The notes beneath the pieces were generated by a model. The model was given only the letters and a program-made list of their open reading frames with translations, ran no database searches and was not told where the DNA came from. A program made the position numbers and the translations under genes. 64,000 nucleotides of DNA, taken from positions 124,001-188,000 of the forward strand of contig NC_045696.1 of NCBI RefSeq assembly GCF_009834535.1. The letters are read 5' to 3'. Below, in pieces: positions 38,668-50,748 of the stretch (positions are counted from its first letter, which is position 1; the number at the start of each line of letters is the position of its first letter). The DNA is from Camelus ferus (taxonomy: Eukaryota).

Positions 38668-40334
38668 TGGATGGATGGTGTGGGGAATGGACTGGGAGGG
38701 GAAGGCACAGCTCTTCACCCTGGGAAAATCCTACCGATGTAGGAAACTCACACCCCTCCCTTCCCCCCATACCTGCTGGAAACACTCAGACCTCCAGAAT
38801 CAGCCAATGCAGCTTTTAAGACATTCTCACCATCAGGCAGATAAAGGAGTGTGAGAGTCTTGCACTGCCCACAATCTGCCCCAGAATCCAGGCCCTAGAG
38901 GGTGGAGCCAGGATGGGGCATCTGGGCCTCTGACCAGCAGGTGACAGCAAGGAAGAAACCAGTCCTGAGGGCCATGGTTTCCTGAAGTCTGTGAGCCCGG
39001 TGCCCTGATGGCGTTCATTCCCTGTGGGGACATGGGTGGGGCCTGCAGTGGTTGTTTTCCACCTGAACCCCTTGGATGAAGCCAGGGCAGAACTGGACTC
39101 AGGGGACCCCTGGCAGTGTTTCAAACTATGACACAGTGGCTTTACAGAGGAACAGGAGAGTGAAGCTGAGCACCTGACAGCCGATCCTCTCTGGCTCTGA
39201 GCTCCTTCCATCAGGACCACAGTCCCCTGCATGGAGTCTGCTGTAACTCACCTGCCCCCACCTGGGCTCTCTCCTTCCTCCCTGGACCCGTCCCCCAGGC
39301 CAGGCGCATCTCTCCAAACCCTGCATCCCCCTCCCACCTTAGGGCTAACAGGTCCCTCACAAAACTGCGACCCTGCTGCTCCTCACACCCTAGGAGGCAG
39401 CCCCACCTCCCCTGGTTGCTAAGCCCAGACACCAGGGGCCTCCCAGTCCCCCACTTTCCTTGTGCCCCAGTGACTGTCAGTTCCTCCTCTGGAGTCTAGA
39501 GCCAGTCCCCACAATAATGCCACTCTACAGCCACAGGCTTGATGGTGGCCCAACCCGATCTTGCCCCCAGCTCCTCCATCAGGCCCTGACAAAGCTTCTG
39601 CCCCAATGGTGCATCTCACATCCCGTCCCAATGTAGACTTCATGAACCAGAAACGATACTGTGACTCTCTCCCACCTGTAATTCCCCAAAGATTTCCTCA
39701 CTTTGGCTGGAGCTTGGGACCCTGAGAGTCCCCAGCACCCTCCCTAGGCTGCTGGCTCCATGTCCTGGGAGGGGCCTGCCCACGTGAGCCCCATGCTCTG
39801 GGAGGGGTGTGTGAACAAGCATTCTCTTTTTGCTGCCAGCACAGTTGCTGTTCAGCAACTCACCCACGAGCAGTGCTGGGATGAGGTGAGAACCAGGAGA
39901 TGCTGCAGGTCCCTGAACCCCACCAGAGCTACCAGGTCAGCAGTTGGTTGCTGGCTGCTGTGCTGTGTGAGGTTGACTCCACAGGTACCTCCTGTTTCTT
40001 CTACCTGATGCAACAGAGGCCTCCTCAGGACAGAGAAGACATGGAATTTATTAAATTCTGCATAGATGGCAAACTATACCAGGTCCTTTCTAGCTTTCAG
40101 ACCAGTGGACATCCTCAACCTTCTGTCTAAGATAGTTTTCTTCTGACTCTGTGGGAATCTGTTGGCATTTTTGTTTCCCTGCTAACTTCACTTGTGCCTT
40201 GCTCTGGAACCCTGTCTACAGGCCTGGAACCCTGGCCAGCCTGATATTTCTCTCAAGCACAGGGACTGTAACTCTGTGCCTCTGTGATTGTAGTCCCTGG
40301 CATATCACAGCACATTTAGTAAGAGGAAATGAAA

Positions 40335-40835
40335 CTTAAATTTTGGTAACTGCAATTTGGCAATCTGTATTGAAGGGTGTAGAGATATGTGTAACTTATG
40401 ACCCAGTAATTCCATTTTTAGGAGTTGATTCCATGAATTAATCATAAATAAGTGAACTCCAGAAACACAGTATTAAATAAACCCTGAACATTAGAAACAT
40501 CCTAAATATCCAATGATGAAATGATTAAAAATTATACCTATATTTGTATGTGCAGCTATAAAAACCATACTTTCTAAGAATATTTAATGAAAATATTTTT
40601 ATACAACATCAAGTTTAAAAAAGAAGGCTACAAAACTGGCTAAACTGCATGATAATGATTTTGTAAAGTATGTAAATACATATGCAGAAAAAGCAACAGA
40701 GGTACAATATACCAAAACCGTAACAAACTTGATTGCTGAGCAGTACAATTGTGGGTGACTTTGACTTTTTCCCTTCATGTCTTTGTGTTCTCCAGATTTT
40801 CCTTTTATGATGAATTTATAATACATTTATAACCA
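40335..40835 (+). mobile_element. Old L1 3'-end fragment (L1ME-like)
   Basis: Degenerate L1 3' motifs GGCAATCTGTATT, ATGACCCAGTAATTCCATTTTTAGGA, CCTAAATATCCAA, ATGCAGAAAAA...TATACCAAAA. Confidence 0.65.
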
Positions 40836-41311
40836 CATAACTTATAAATTATTTATAGTATACTTTTTAATACTTCTTAATTTGTTATCTAATACTTGGT
40901 TTTCTTCAAAAGGCCACCTTCTGGATTTCTTTATTGATTGTTATTCATTTCCTAATTCAACTTTTCCACCTCCCATCCTACCATTTTGTTATTGTTTTAA
41001 ATTTTTGATTTTGATCTTTAATTCATTTATCTTCATTCTCACATATTCATTAGCATAATTACTTATGGCTATAAAATTTTCCTCTGAGCACTACTTGACT
41101 ATATCATATACACTCCAATCTATGGTTTTTCATTATTAGTTTAGATATTTTATTATCATGTGTATTTTCGTAACAGTTTGAGTTCATAAAATTAGCTTCC
41201 AGGTATTAAGGATTTTTGTTGTGGTGGTTATTTTCTAATATTTTCTTTCATTTCTACTTTTAATACATTGTGATCACATATATATCAAATCTCTCTATAT
41301 ACATATACTGC

Positions 41312-41856
41312 TGTGGAAAAATGTGTTACAGCTCAGTGTTACAGCTCAGTTGTGACAGCAACCTGGATCCCTGCCACAGACCAAGCAGTACTTGGAGAGC
41401 TGAAGTACTCAGGTTTATCATGCCAGCAGGCCCAAAGGAGTTAACACTCCAAGCTCTGGACCACGGCTGTAGGTTTACACCGGCTTTTATAGGCTGCCAG
41501 TTTACACTTTGCAATATCATATGCAAATGAGGTATAACTAAAGTTGACTAATTAGGAACAAGCTTTGTAAAAATGGACCAATCAGGAGTGAGAGAAATAA
41601 CCAATCAGGAGTGAGCTCCATGCAAATGAAGTACTACAAATGGACCAATCAGAAGTTAGGGAAATGAACCAATCAGGAGTGAAGGAAATAACCAATCAAG
41701 AGTGAGCTCAGGGACCCAATTGAATTTTAGGGGTAAGTAAGCTGTTTCAGAGGCAAAAAGTGAGATAGAGCCTCTGGGCCAGGGAACCAGATCATGCTGG
41801 CAGGAGAGTAGTGGCCCTGCTTGGGGGTCCTGCCAGTCTTTCAAAGGGGCTTCTCA
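41312..41856 (-). mobile_element. Solo ERV LTR with six CCAAT boxes and two octamer sites
   Basis: Minus strand begins TGAGAA (41856) and has TATAAAA at 41485-41491 plus a GATAAA poly(A)-like signal at ~41413. CCAAT at 41578, 41601, 41645, 41669, 41692, 41716; ATGCAAAT at 41521 and 41620. Left boundary uncertain, no clear TSD. Confidence 0.75.
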
Positions 41857-41926
41857 CCTCAATGCATATGCATATATATTTATACTCTCTTTATACTTTG
41901 GGGTTATTACTGTTCATGAACTAATT

Positions 41927-42143
41927 AAGAAATCAGCAAATTTGTTTTATAGTTGGGCAAGATAACACACGTTTTTGAGTTTGTAATCTGTACAGTCTCC
42001 CTCCCAAGTATTCAGATTTGCAGCTGAAGAACAACGCCAGCCACAGACATGAGGGAATGAGCATGCCTGTGTTCCAGTAATACTTTATTTACAAAATCAA
42101 GCAGCAGACAGATTTGGCACACGTACCATAGTGTATGGCCCTG
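41927..42143 (-). mobile_element. MER58A-like hAT-Charlie non-autonomous DNA transposon
   Basis: TCAGCAAA... start, GCCTGTGTTCCAGTAATACTTTATTTACAAAA...CAGATTTGGC...CCCTG end, ~217 bp; resembles the MER58A consensus reversed. Confidence 0.75.
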
Positions 42144-42149
42144 TCCTAA

Positions 42150-42990
42150 CATGTCCTAATACACAGTCATTTTGTGGATGTTCCATGAGAATTTGAAAAG
42201 GAACGTTGCCTGCATTCAGGCACAGAGTTCAGTAGTTATATAAGTTCAAGTGACTGAGTTTTCTATCCTTTACCTATTACAGTGCATTTTAACAAAGGTA
42301 CACTTTCTATTTCCTGCCATTTTATTTTGTGAATGCTGATCTGTGCAGTGCTCATGTGTATTAATTAGATCTTCATGCTAGCATACCATTTTCCATTGTG
42401 AAGGCCCTTTCTTTACCTTATTTAATGCCTTAGTCCCTAAAGCAACATAATCTTAAAATGGAAACCTCTGCTTTCTCCCTTTAATGATATTTTAAATTTC
42501 ATCCTTTCTATGTCACTTTGTTGTACTTGTCTCTTGTTTACTGTTTTTAGCTGAGTATTACTTAGTGATCAAATGTGAAAGTCCTAAAATAGGTGAGTTT
42601 TATCTCACTCACATTTATAGGCATGACAGGTGTATATATATTCTCAGTTCCTGTATCTTACGTTATTTTTTCTGTCTGTAAAATTTAATAAGTATTTCAC
42701 AACATGTTTGTATTAGTTTTGTTTTATATATATATAAAATCTTCTGAAAAACTAAGTTATATTTTTGTTCTAAGTTTGTTCTTTTTTTAAATTTTGTTCT
42801 TGATTACATTTAAAATCACAAATTTAACTAATGCTCTCCTCTATATGTGTAATAGTTAAATTAGCATGTTTGTATTTCTTCCTTTTAGTCCTACGAATTT
42901 ACACTAGGAAAAATAATATAATCAACTAAAGCTGCATTGTAAATTTGTATGATGTACTTTGCAATACTTTTAAAACCCCTATTTGTCCTG
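42150..42990 (-). mobile_element. Degenerate antisense L1 fragments
   Basis: T-rich tract with GTTCCATGAGAATTTGAAAAGAA and CTTGTCTCTTGT-like antisense L1 ORF2 motifs; highly diverged. Confidence 0.5.
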
Positions 42991-43399
42991 GGTTCTTAGG
43001 TTCTTCACAAATTCCTCAGGGGCGAGAATTTGGGTTTTGGCAGCCCCGCTCCCAGAGCTCTCTAGATGGTAAGCACTGACGACACTGCTAACAGCTAAAG
43101 CCTTGTTGCTAACATACTCCTTTCTCTACCAGCCTCAGCAGAAGTCTTCCTTCTCATCAGACAGGCCTAGAGGTGCTTCTGACCCTTTTACTTTTACCTG
43201 TGCTAAACTATGCCCTAGGGGTTTGCCTCCCTGCAGAACCTTTGCCCAGACCATCTACCAGCTGGCAGCTGTACGGACAGGTGGGCCCAAGGGGGTCAGG
43301 CCTCAGGTGATTCCCTTATCATCTAAGACAAAGTTAAAACTCAGCCAAAATCAGGTCCCTTCCCTGGCAAGGGGTGGAAGCAAACAAAATCTCGGCAGG

Positions 43400-45030
43400 A
43401 GCGAGCAAGGGAGAAAAAGTGCGGGCGCCAAGGTGGGAATGAAGCGTCCCGGGCAGGTCAGCGGTGCTTCACTTCCGGGCTCTGGGATTTTTGCACACAG
43501 AAGCGCGCACCTAGCCGCGTCTTCGGGGGCGGGTCCGCGGGAGGGTCCTCAAGGCGCCGGGCAGGGAATGGCGGCGTGGTCTAGGGGACCGGGTCCGCAG
43601 AGCTCGGGGGCCAGGTCGGCGAGGCGTGGGGTGAGTACTCGGGACACGGGGCGGATCCTCGAAGCTGGAGGAATGGATCTTAAGGATGTGAGGCGGGCTC
43701 GTGGGGCTCGGGGGGCGGGTCCTCGGGGCGGCGCGCGCTGGCGCCCCCAACTCGTCCAGCACGCAGCCCCTTGGGTACCCAAGGCGAGCGGCCAGCCCAG
43801 CTCCGGCCGCTGCACTCAAGCAGCCCCGTGGCGAGCGAGCGCGAGCCGGGTCCGGGGCCGTGGCGGGAGGTGCCGCAACCAGGGTCCTTCGGCAGCCCCC
43901 ATAGGGAGAAGCGAGGGCGAAGACGAGGCTGAGCGGGGCGGGAACCGTGAACCGGAGTTTCCACAAGTCTCAGATCCTGCGCTTCTACGACTGAAGCGCG
44001 GTGGAAGTCAAGAGCAAGGTGAGCCGGGGCCCGGCGGTCTGCGCCCCGCAGGGGATTCGGCGGTGCGAGAGGAACCGACGCGGGCGACAACTTTGGAGCG
44101 CGGCACTGTCCACGGGATGTGCAGGGGTCCGGCGGTCCTTCCCGCCCCTGCGCGCACACAGAGCCCGGCAGCCCCATAGGATCCAGCCGGAGCCCCGGCG
44201 CTCAGAGGGCCGCGCGGCCGCCGGACCCTTCGTGGGAGAGGTTCTTTTGCTCCACAAGCCAGAGGCGACCCTGCGCGCCGCACGGTGGAGGGGCGACGTT
44301 TCCAGGGCGACCCGGGGGCTGCTCGGATCTGGGGCCGTGGAAGAGCCTCAGGAGCCCTGGCCGAGGGAGTGCCCTAACCGCGCAGCCTCCGTCGCTGCGG
44401 AGGAGCCTCGCAACCGGCGAGGGGGAGACGAGCCGCGCGGGTCCCCAACCCCTAGCCCAGACCTCAGCCCCAGGCCCGCCCTGCGTACCGGCCCTGAGCC
44501 TCACGGCGCTCCGCAGGCCCAGATTCCCCGGGCGCACCTGACTGGCGGCCCCTCCCGCTGCCCGCGCCCTGGCCCAAGCGTGCTCGAACTTGCGGGTAGC
44601 TACGCGTTTAGGTAATTGGCTGATAGGATCTGGCGCTTCTGCCCTTTGCGGCGGTGGCTTCTTCACCGCAGACGCTTTTGTCTGCGAGAGTCCCGGTGGT
44701 GGACCCCGCGGCAGAGGAGGAGCTGCAGTTGTTCAGGGTCCTGGAGGAGGGGGCACTCAAGCTGACTGTTGCCAGGGAGCCCGCTCTGGCCCTTTCTCTC
44801 TGCGCCCTCCTCCCCACCCCACCCCCACCCCCCCACCCCCACCCCCCGCCCCGGTAAAGCAAGACAGAGGCGCACGAGTGGTGGGAGAGGAGCCAGACCG
44901 GAGAGTGGGCTCTGACCTCCAACTCCATGCACACTTGGGTCGTGGAGTGGGTGTGCCCTGGCTGGGTCTCTGGGAAGATGAGTCCAGAGGCCCTCCTGCC
45001 TAGATTGCCCTACCGGCCAAGCGGGGGTCC
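43400..45030. promoter_or_regulatory. CpG island / putative promoter of an unidentified gene
   Basis: About 1.6 kb of very high GC and CpG density. ETS motif CACTTCCGG (43470), GC boxes (e.g. GGGGGCGGG ~43525), AATGGCGGC (43567), and consensus donors GGG|GTGAGT (43631) and AAG|GTGAGC (44019). Confidence 0.85.
43568..43630 (+). other. Candidate first coding exon (MAAWSRGPGPQSSGARSARRG, phase 0)
   Basis: ATG in good Kozak context (GGAATGG) followed after 63 nt by a perfect GTGAGT donor. Peptide not recognised; no downstream exons identified. Confidence 0.25.
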
Positions 45031-45973
45031 TTTGGTTTAGTATTTCCAGGGCTTCCTCCGAGGATGGGGGCGGTTCTCTGCAGAAACCTCACTGCAGCTG
45101 AGTTGAGGAATTTCCTCACCATTTTATGTCTTTTTTTTTTTTTGAACCCCTCATATCTAATGCTATCTCCGAATGCTAATTCTGTGACCCTCGCCCTGCA
45201 CTCACCCCTCTTTTAGCCCCGGAGCGCCCCCACGCCCCCAAGTTACAGGTGCCTGCTGTGTGGTGTGTGAGGGGAAGAGACAACGAGCATGAGTGGGCGA
45301 CATTTCTTTAGCTCAGTGAGAATGTGGCTTTTTAGAGCTCACTGGCCACTGCAGTACCCATTGAGCACGGTCGGTGTCTCATTTTATTTTAACTTTTTAT
45401 TTTGAGACCATCGTAGATTAACAAGCAGTTGTGAGAAAGAATACGGAAACGCCCCCAAAGGTAGCACCTTGTATCACAGTATCACATCCAGGACCTCGCT
45501 GGACTCGTTGGCGGCGGGTGTTTTCAGGTCTTGCACTTTTGTCGCGTGCACGTCCCTGGGCTCAGCAGTCACCAGATAGCATGCTTCTATCACAAGGGGA
45601 CCTCCTGCTGCCCTTTCCTGGTGGCCACTCACTTCTAAGTGTAAGTTGGCTCACATGAACGTCACACACTATTGCTGAGTCCCACTGGCCGCTTCCCTAT
45701 GCCCAGTGGCCGTGTGTGGCTTGCAGCTGCCTGACCAGATGCACAACTGCCGAGGGACAGCCCTGGAGGAAGCGCCCTCACCAGGTCCTGTCCTGCAGTC
45801 TGGACTGTCGGCAGCGTGTGGACTGCTGGGGCTGGAGAGGAAGGGTCTGCCTTTTGCCTTTGCCTCTCCTCAGGGACTGGGGGCTGTGGGTGTTCTGGTG
45901 GCCTAGCAGTTTGCCTCAGGCTGCCCCACCTCCTCCACTCCCTGAACCTGGGTTCAAGTTCAGATGCAGTGAA

Positions 45974-45989
45974 TGGCCCCCTGGAGGCA
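45974..45989 (-). promoter_or_regulatory. Candidate CTCF motif near the CpG island
   Basis: Minus strand TGCCTCCAGGGGGCCA resembles the CTCF core; motif match only. Confidence 0.3.
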
Positions 45990-46334
45990 GTGGCACAGCC
46001 AGAGCTTTAGTTGAATTTGAGAGCACCCCTGGAAGGCCACAGCAACCTGGACCCTGCTGGGCTGGCTGGTTAGACACACACGCGCGCACACACACACCCT
46101 TTCAGACAACAGGGCTTCCCTTACCGTTTGTACAGAGGGTCCATGTGGCTATTCTCTCTGTACATGCCCTCCCGCTGATGCCCTGAGTTGATACTTGCAG
46201 CCATGGAGTCCATCCCTACAGGGTTGCTGTTGTCAAAATACAGGAGGCAAAGCTTTATGACAGTGATGTCTTTATTCAGTCTAAGTGTAGCGCCAAAACA
46301 CCTGGGTTTGTATGTGGAGAAAATGGGGCTGGGG

Positions 46335-46492
46335 AGCTGAGTCCGGCTAGTCAGCCACCGACCCTGTTGAGCTTTCAGGCAAGTTATTTAACTTTTCTGA
46401 GCCTCAGTTATTTCCTCTGTAAAATGGCCACTGCCTATTTCTGCTTACCTCCCAGGACCAAATGAGGTAATGAAGGTGAAAGCACTTTGAAG
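46335..46492 (+). mobile_element. MIR SINE fragment
   Basis: Core GGCAAGTTATTTAACTTTTCTGAGCCTCAGTT...TCCTCTGTAAAATGG and 3' AAATGAGGTAATG...GTGAAAGCACTT. Confidence 0.85.
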
Positions 46493-47639
46493 CTGCAGGG
46501 CACCCACAGCTGTAACAGTTAAGCACAGCAGATCAGGGTTCTGTGTTCTTTCAGGATATTGGGTCTGAAAATCACCTCTGATCCTCAGAACTTTTGCATT
46601 AGCTGTCTGCCACAGCTGCTCAGTTCCCAAAGCCCTGGAGACATTGTCTGGACCTGGTGGCCCTCCCCCATCCTGTAGCCCCTTACTCTTCCCGAGACAT
46701 TTCTGCTGAAATACCTGTGGTTCCTCGGTCCCACCCCCAGCCAGCAGCATGCACTTCTGGCCTCCGAGCTCTCACTTCACAAACTTTGACTTCTACCTCT
46801 CTTCCCATAGGACCTACAGTGGGGAGGGGCTGTACAGACATCTGGGGGAGCATGTTTCAGGTCAAGGGGAACAAGTATTGGCCCATCAGAGGGACAACAG
46901 GAAGGCCAGTGCCTGGGGGTGGGTGTCCTACATGGGGCAGAGTCATTGGAGAAGACTGGTCATTTGAGGAGAAGATAGAAAGCTACACAGTGCCATTGTG
47001 AACTCTGTAATGACTTTAACTACATTAGCATTTAGTCAGTCCTGCCAGCATCTGCATATGCCTGAAAAAGTCTAAGGGAATAGAGTTATCCTAGGTAGAG
47101 CAGTGTGCTATACCCTGAGCCTCCAACCTCTGGCTGGAGGCCCCTGCATTAAACAAGGTCACTGTTGTCCTGGTCTCTTTACCACTCAGGTCTCATCCAT
47201 GTCCTCTTTGACCTCTGGGCCCCTGGTTATGTGGCTTCCCTCACCTTAAATGTTTCTCTAAGAATCTGCCCTATCCTGATGACCCTCTCCTTCAAAGCCC
47301 ATCCAATGCCTTCTCCAGGCCAAGCTTTCTCCATCCTATGTTATTCTCATCTTGTGGCCCTTGTCATGATGCTCATGACAGAGACCGAGGTCTATGTTTA
47401 AACTTCCAGGATTTGTTGTGTCCATTGTGTTTGGGGGAGAATAACACTAATGAAAATTTTAATCCAGTTCTTGCTGCTCTGTTTAGATAATGTTTGAGGC
47501 TTTTCTGGACTCTAAACAAATGCATTGCCATTGCAGAAAATGTAGAACCCATAACAGACACAAAAGGGGGTAATTCTCACATCTAAAGATGAGCTACTGT
47601 TCAGTCCTCCTGCCCTTTATTTGCAGGTATATGTGCAGA

Positions 47640-48030
47640 CGTCATGTTTTACAGAATCAGGGTCATATATTATAGATGTGTTACCCTATAGCCTGCTTTC
47701 CCCCTTCAGCCTAACAGTGTATTGTAACTGTTTTCTCATGTCGTTTTCATTTTTAGAAAACATATTTTTGAAATGGCTACATTGTATTCCTACATAGTAC
47801 ACATATTGCCTACATGTAAACCATAATTTGTCTAACCAATGTCCTTTCTGGGTTATTTCCAACTTTTTTTCTAGAGTAAACAATGTTGTGAATCATTTAA
47901 AGTACATAGAGTCCTGATTCTCTTAATTCACTGCAGAACTTTTATTATTTCTTTAGGACAGATTCCTGAAAGTGAAATTACTGAGTGAAAAGTATGCACA
48001 TTTTTAAGGCTTTGAATACACATTGCTGAA
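47640..48030 (-). mobile_element. Old L1 3'-end fragment, antisense
   Basis: TGGCTACATTGTATTCC, CCATAATTTGTCTAACCAAT, GGGTTATTTCCAACTT, TTCTTTAGGACAGATTCCTGAAAGTGAAATTACTGAGTGAAA: reversed L1M 3' motifs. Confidence 0.75.
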
Positions 48031-48644
48031 AAAAAAAAAGTCATAAAGAAAAGTTCTCCCAGATCACATGGTCATCATGCATGCTTTAAATCCATCAAGA
48101 TTGTCAAAATGAGAGAAAGTCTCAGTAACAATTCCAGAAAAAGAAAACATGCCATTTGGCCAACTGCTGAAAGTTGAAGGGGGCCTGAGGACTAAATAAT
48201 AATGTGGAAACCATATGACTTCCTCTTTTGCAAGTCACATGATGGTTCCTCAGGAGAATGTCCCTGTTTGGGGTAAAACACCCTACAGTACTTTGTGTCA
48301 AATAGTAGTGTGAGTACTTTTTATCATTATAGAAATTACTGGAAAGTCCATTACAGTTTGAAACAACCATATCAATACCATGCCAGAAGAGTGGATAAGA
48401 CAGATATCAAACGTTGATATAGAGGCCAATACTTACCCAGACCAAGGTCATCTAAAGTTGTGATGATAATTGCCCTTGTAGAAATCCACTTGCTATTAAG
48501 AGGTACTGTGGGAGGAGTATACTAGTAGCCACCAGGCCTTGGGTCATGTGGATGACCTGGAATACAAGAGAAACATTGAGATATTAAAATTACAATTTTC
48601 CACAATGACAAAGAGCTTGTAAAATAAATAAATTCAGTAAAGTT

Positions 48645-49325
48645 CAATATGAAACCAATGTACAAAAATCAGTTGCATTTCTATACACTAATAATGAACC
48701 ATCAGAAATAAAATTTAAGGAAACAATCACATTTATAATTGCATCAAAAAGAACAAAATATCCAGGAACAAATTTAACCAATGATGTGAAAGACTGGTAC
48801 TCAAAAAACTGTAAGTCATTAAACAAGAAATTAAAGAAGACACAAATAAATGAAAAAATATTCTGTACTCTTGGATTGGAAGAATTACTAAGATATTGAT
48901 TCTAACCAAAGCTATCAACAAATTCACTGCAACGTCAATATAATATTCAATGATATGTTTCATTGAAATAGAAATAACAACCCTAACATTAATATAGAAC
49001 AACTAAGGACCCTGAACAGACCAAAGAGGTTTGGAGAAAGAAGGACACAGCTGCAGGCATCTCACTCCCTAGAGTCAAGCTGTATCACAGAGCTGTAGTG
49101 GCCACAATAGTGAGGAACTGTCACATACACAGACACACAGACTAGAGGAAAAGCATAAAGAGCCCAAAAATAAACCCACATGGCTGTGGTCAGTTAATTC
49201 ATGAGAATTGGGCCAATGACATACAAAGAGGGAGGGACACTCTCCTAAATAAACAGTGCTAGGAAAGTGGGACACTATGCCCCAAAGAACATCACTGGTC
49301 ACAATCTACACTGCACACAAAACTA
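48645..49325 (+). mobile_element. L1 ORF2 fragment (RT C-terminal region), decayed
   Basis: ACAAAAATCAGTTGCATTTCTATACACTAATAATGAAC, AAGAAATTAAAGAAGACACAAATAAATG, TGGATTGGAAGAATT, AGAGCCCAAAAATAAACCCACA. Confidence 0.9.
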
Positions 49326-50128
49326 ACTAAAACTAAAACCCCACAGTTTCCCACATCAACTTCGTTCTGAGGTTCCTTTGAAGACAGAACTCCCCTGAGC
49401 AGTCAACTGCACACAGGAAGCTTCTCCTCACTTCGTCCTTTTCCTTTCCTATTGCAGCTCCTCCTCACTAGTGATGCCCAAGAAAACTCAGCCCGTGACC
49501 GCATGGACATAACCCCATTGTCTAGAAGCCAAAGCCCTGACAGTCCTGAGGAGACCAAGCCTCTGCCAGCTGTGCAAAGGGCCAGGTCCGTGGGCAGAAT
49601 GCACTTGTGCCCATGGGTCTGAGAGGTGGATTTGGCGCCTTGCTGTGGGCCATCAGAGAAGTTCGGGGAACACTAAGCTCACAAAACCTAGAGACCTCAT
49701 CTGGGATGCAGTTCTGCTCTATGTAGTACCTTTGGAAATCCAAGCTGAAACAGAGCCAAATATCTCATTATGTTGTCCCAAAAAAATGGTTAAGGAACAA
49801 TTAATTTTAAAACATACAGAATGAAGAGAACATAGACACAAACTTTATGAGCGATAGTAAAATTCACTCAAAATTGCCCATAGACAAACTTAAATGACAA
49901 AACTATAAAAATTTTTAAAGGAAATGGGAGAAAACCTATAAGACCTTGGGCCTGGTGATGCATTTTAACACAAGACACCAAATGACTATCTATAAAATAA
50001 TACAAAAAAATTAATAACATGGACTTTGTAAACTTATACACTTTTACTCTGTGAAAGACCTTACTCAGAAAGCCAAAAGACAAACCACAAACCGGGAGGA
50101 AGTACATGCAAAACACAGTGCACACTCA

Positions 50129-50657
50129 TGTCAAGGAGAGCAGAGTATGCCACCCCCAAAATAGGTCTGTAGCCTAATGACTGTTTCAGTCTGATTAATT
50201 TTTTTAAAGACTCTCAGAAAATGGAGCATAGGTTGCCCTTTTGTGAGAAACATTTTCATTTCTTACAGGAATCTCCATTTGTAAGGGTGTGTTCCTCTTT
50301 CTGTACCAGACATAGGAGGGTAATTAAACCTCAAGTAACTTTTATCAATGGAAAAGTCTTGTCTGAAATCTAAGTATCAACCATATCATGTTTACTGTGC
50401 TTGGCATGACACCCTGACATAACTGGCTTCCTCCCTTCCTCAAGTCTTTCTTTTGCTTTTAGCTAAACATGCTATTTAAGGTGATGGCTTTGGCCATTTC
50501 TGGAAGTGATTCAGTGTTCCTTGGTATCTCTCAAGAGTACAGGAGGTATACACATTATTAAACTTCTTTGTTTTTCTCTTCTTAATCTTTTATCACAGAG
50601 GAGATACCAATCAAGATCCTAGAAGGGTAGAGGAAAAATTATTTTTTCTTTCATACA
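50129..50657 (+). mobile_element. Solo ERV1-like LTR (paralogous copy at 58721-59259)
   Basis: Starts TGTC, ATTAAA poly(A) signal at ~50557, ends AGAAGGGTAGAGGAAAAATTATTTTTTCTTTCATACA; sits directly before L1 TGCAATGGAATAC. Confidence 0.75.
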
Positions 50658-50748
50658 CATGCAATGGAATACTATTTACCAGTGGAAAGAAATGAACTAC
50701 CAATCTATGCAAAGACATGGAATAATCTTACACGTATAATGCTAAGTG

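Noticed and set aside
39840..39885. Possible 46-nt exon (polypyrimidine-CAG ... GAG|GTGAGA)
   Set aside because: Splice-like signals alone are common; no recognisable peptide or partner exons.
43103..44179. 358-aa ORF and other overlapping ORFs across the CpG island
   Set aside because: Non-ATG start, low-complexity Arg/Gly/Pro/Ala content, and ORFs open in several frames, as expected from stop-codon scarcity in GC-rich DNA.
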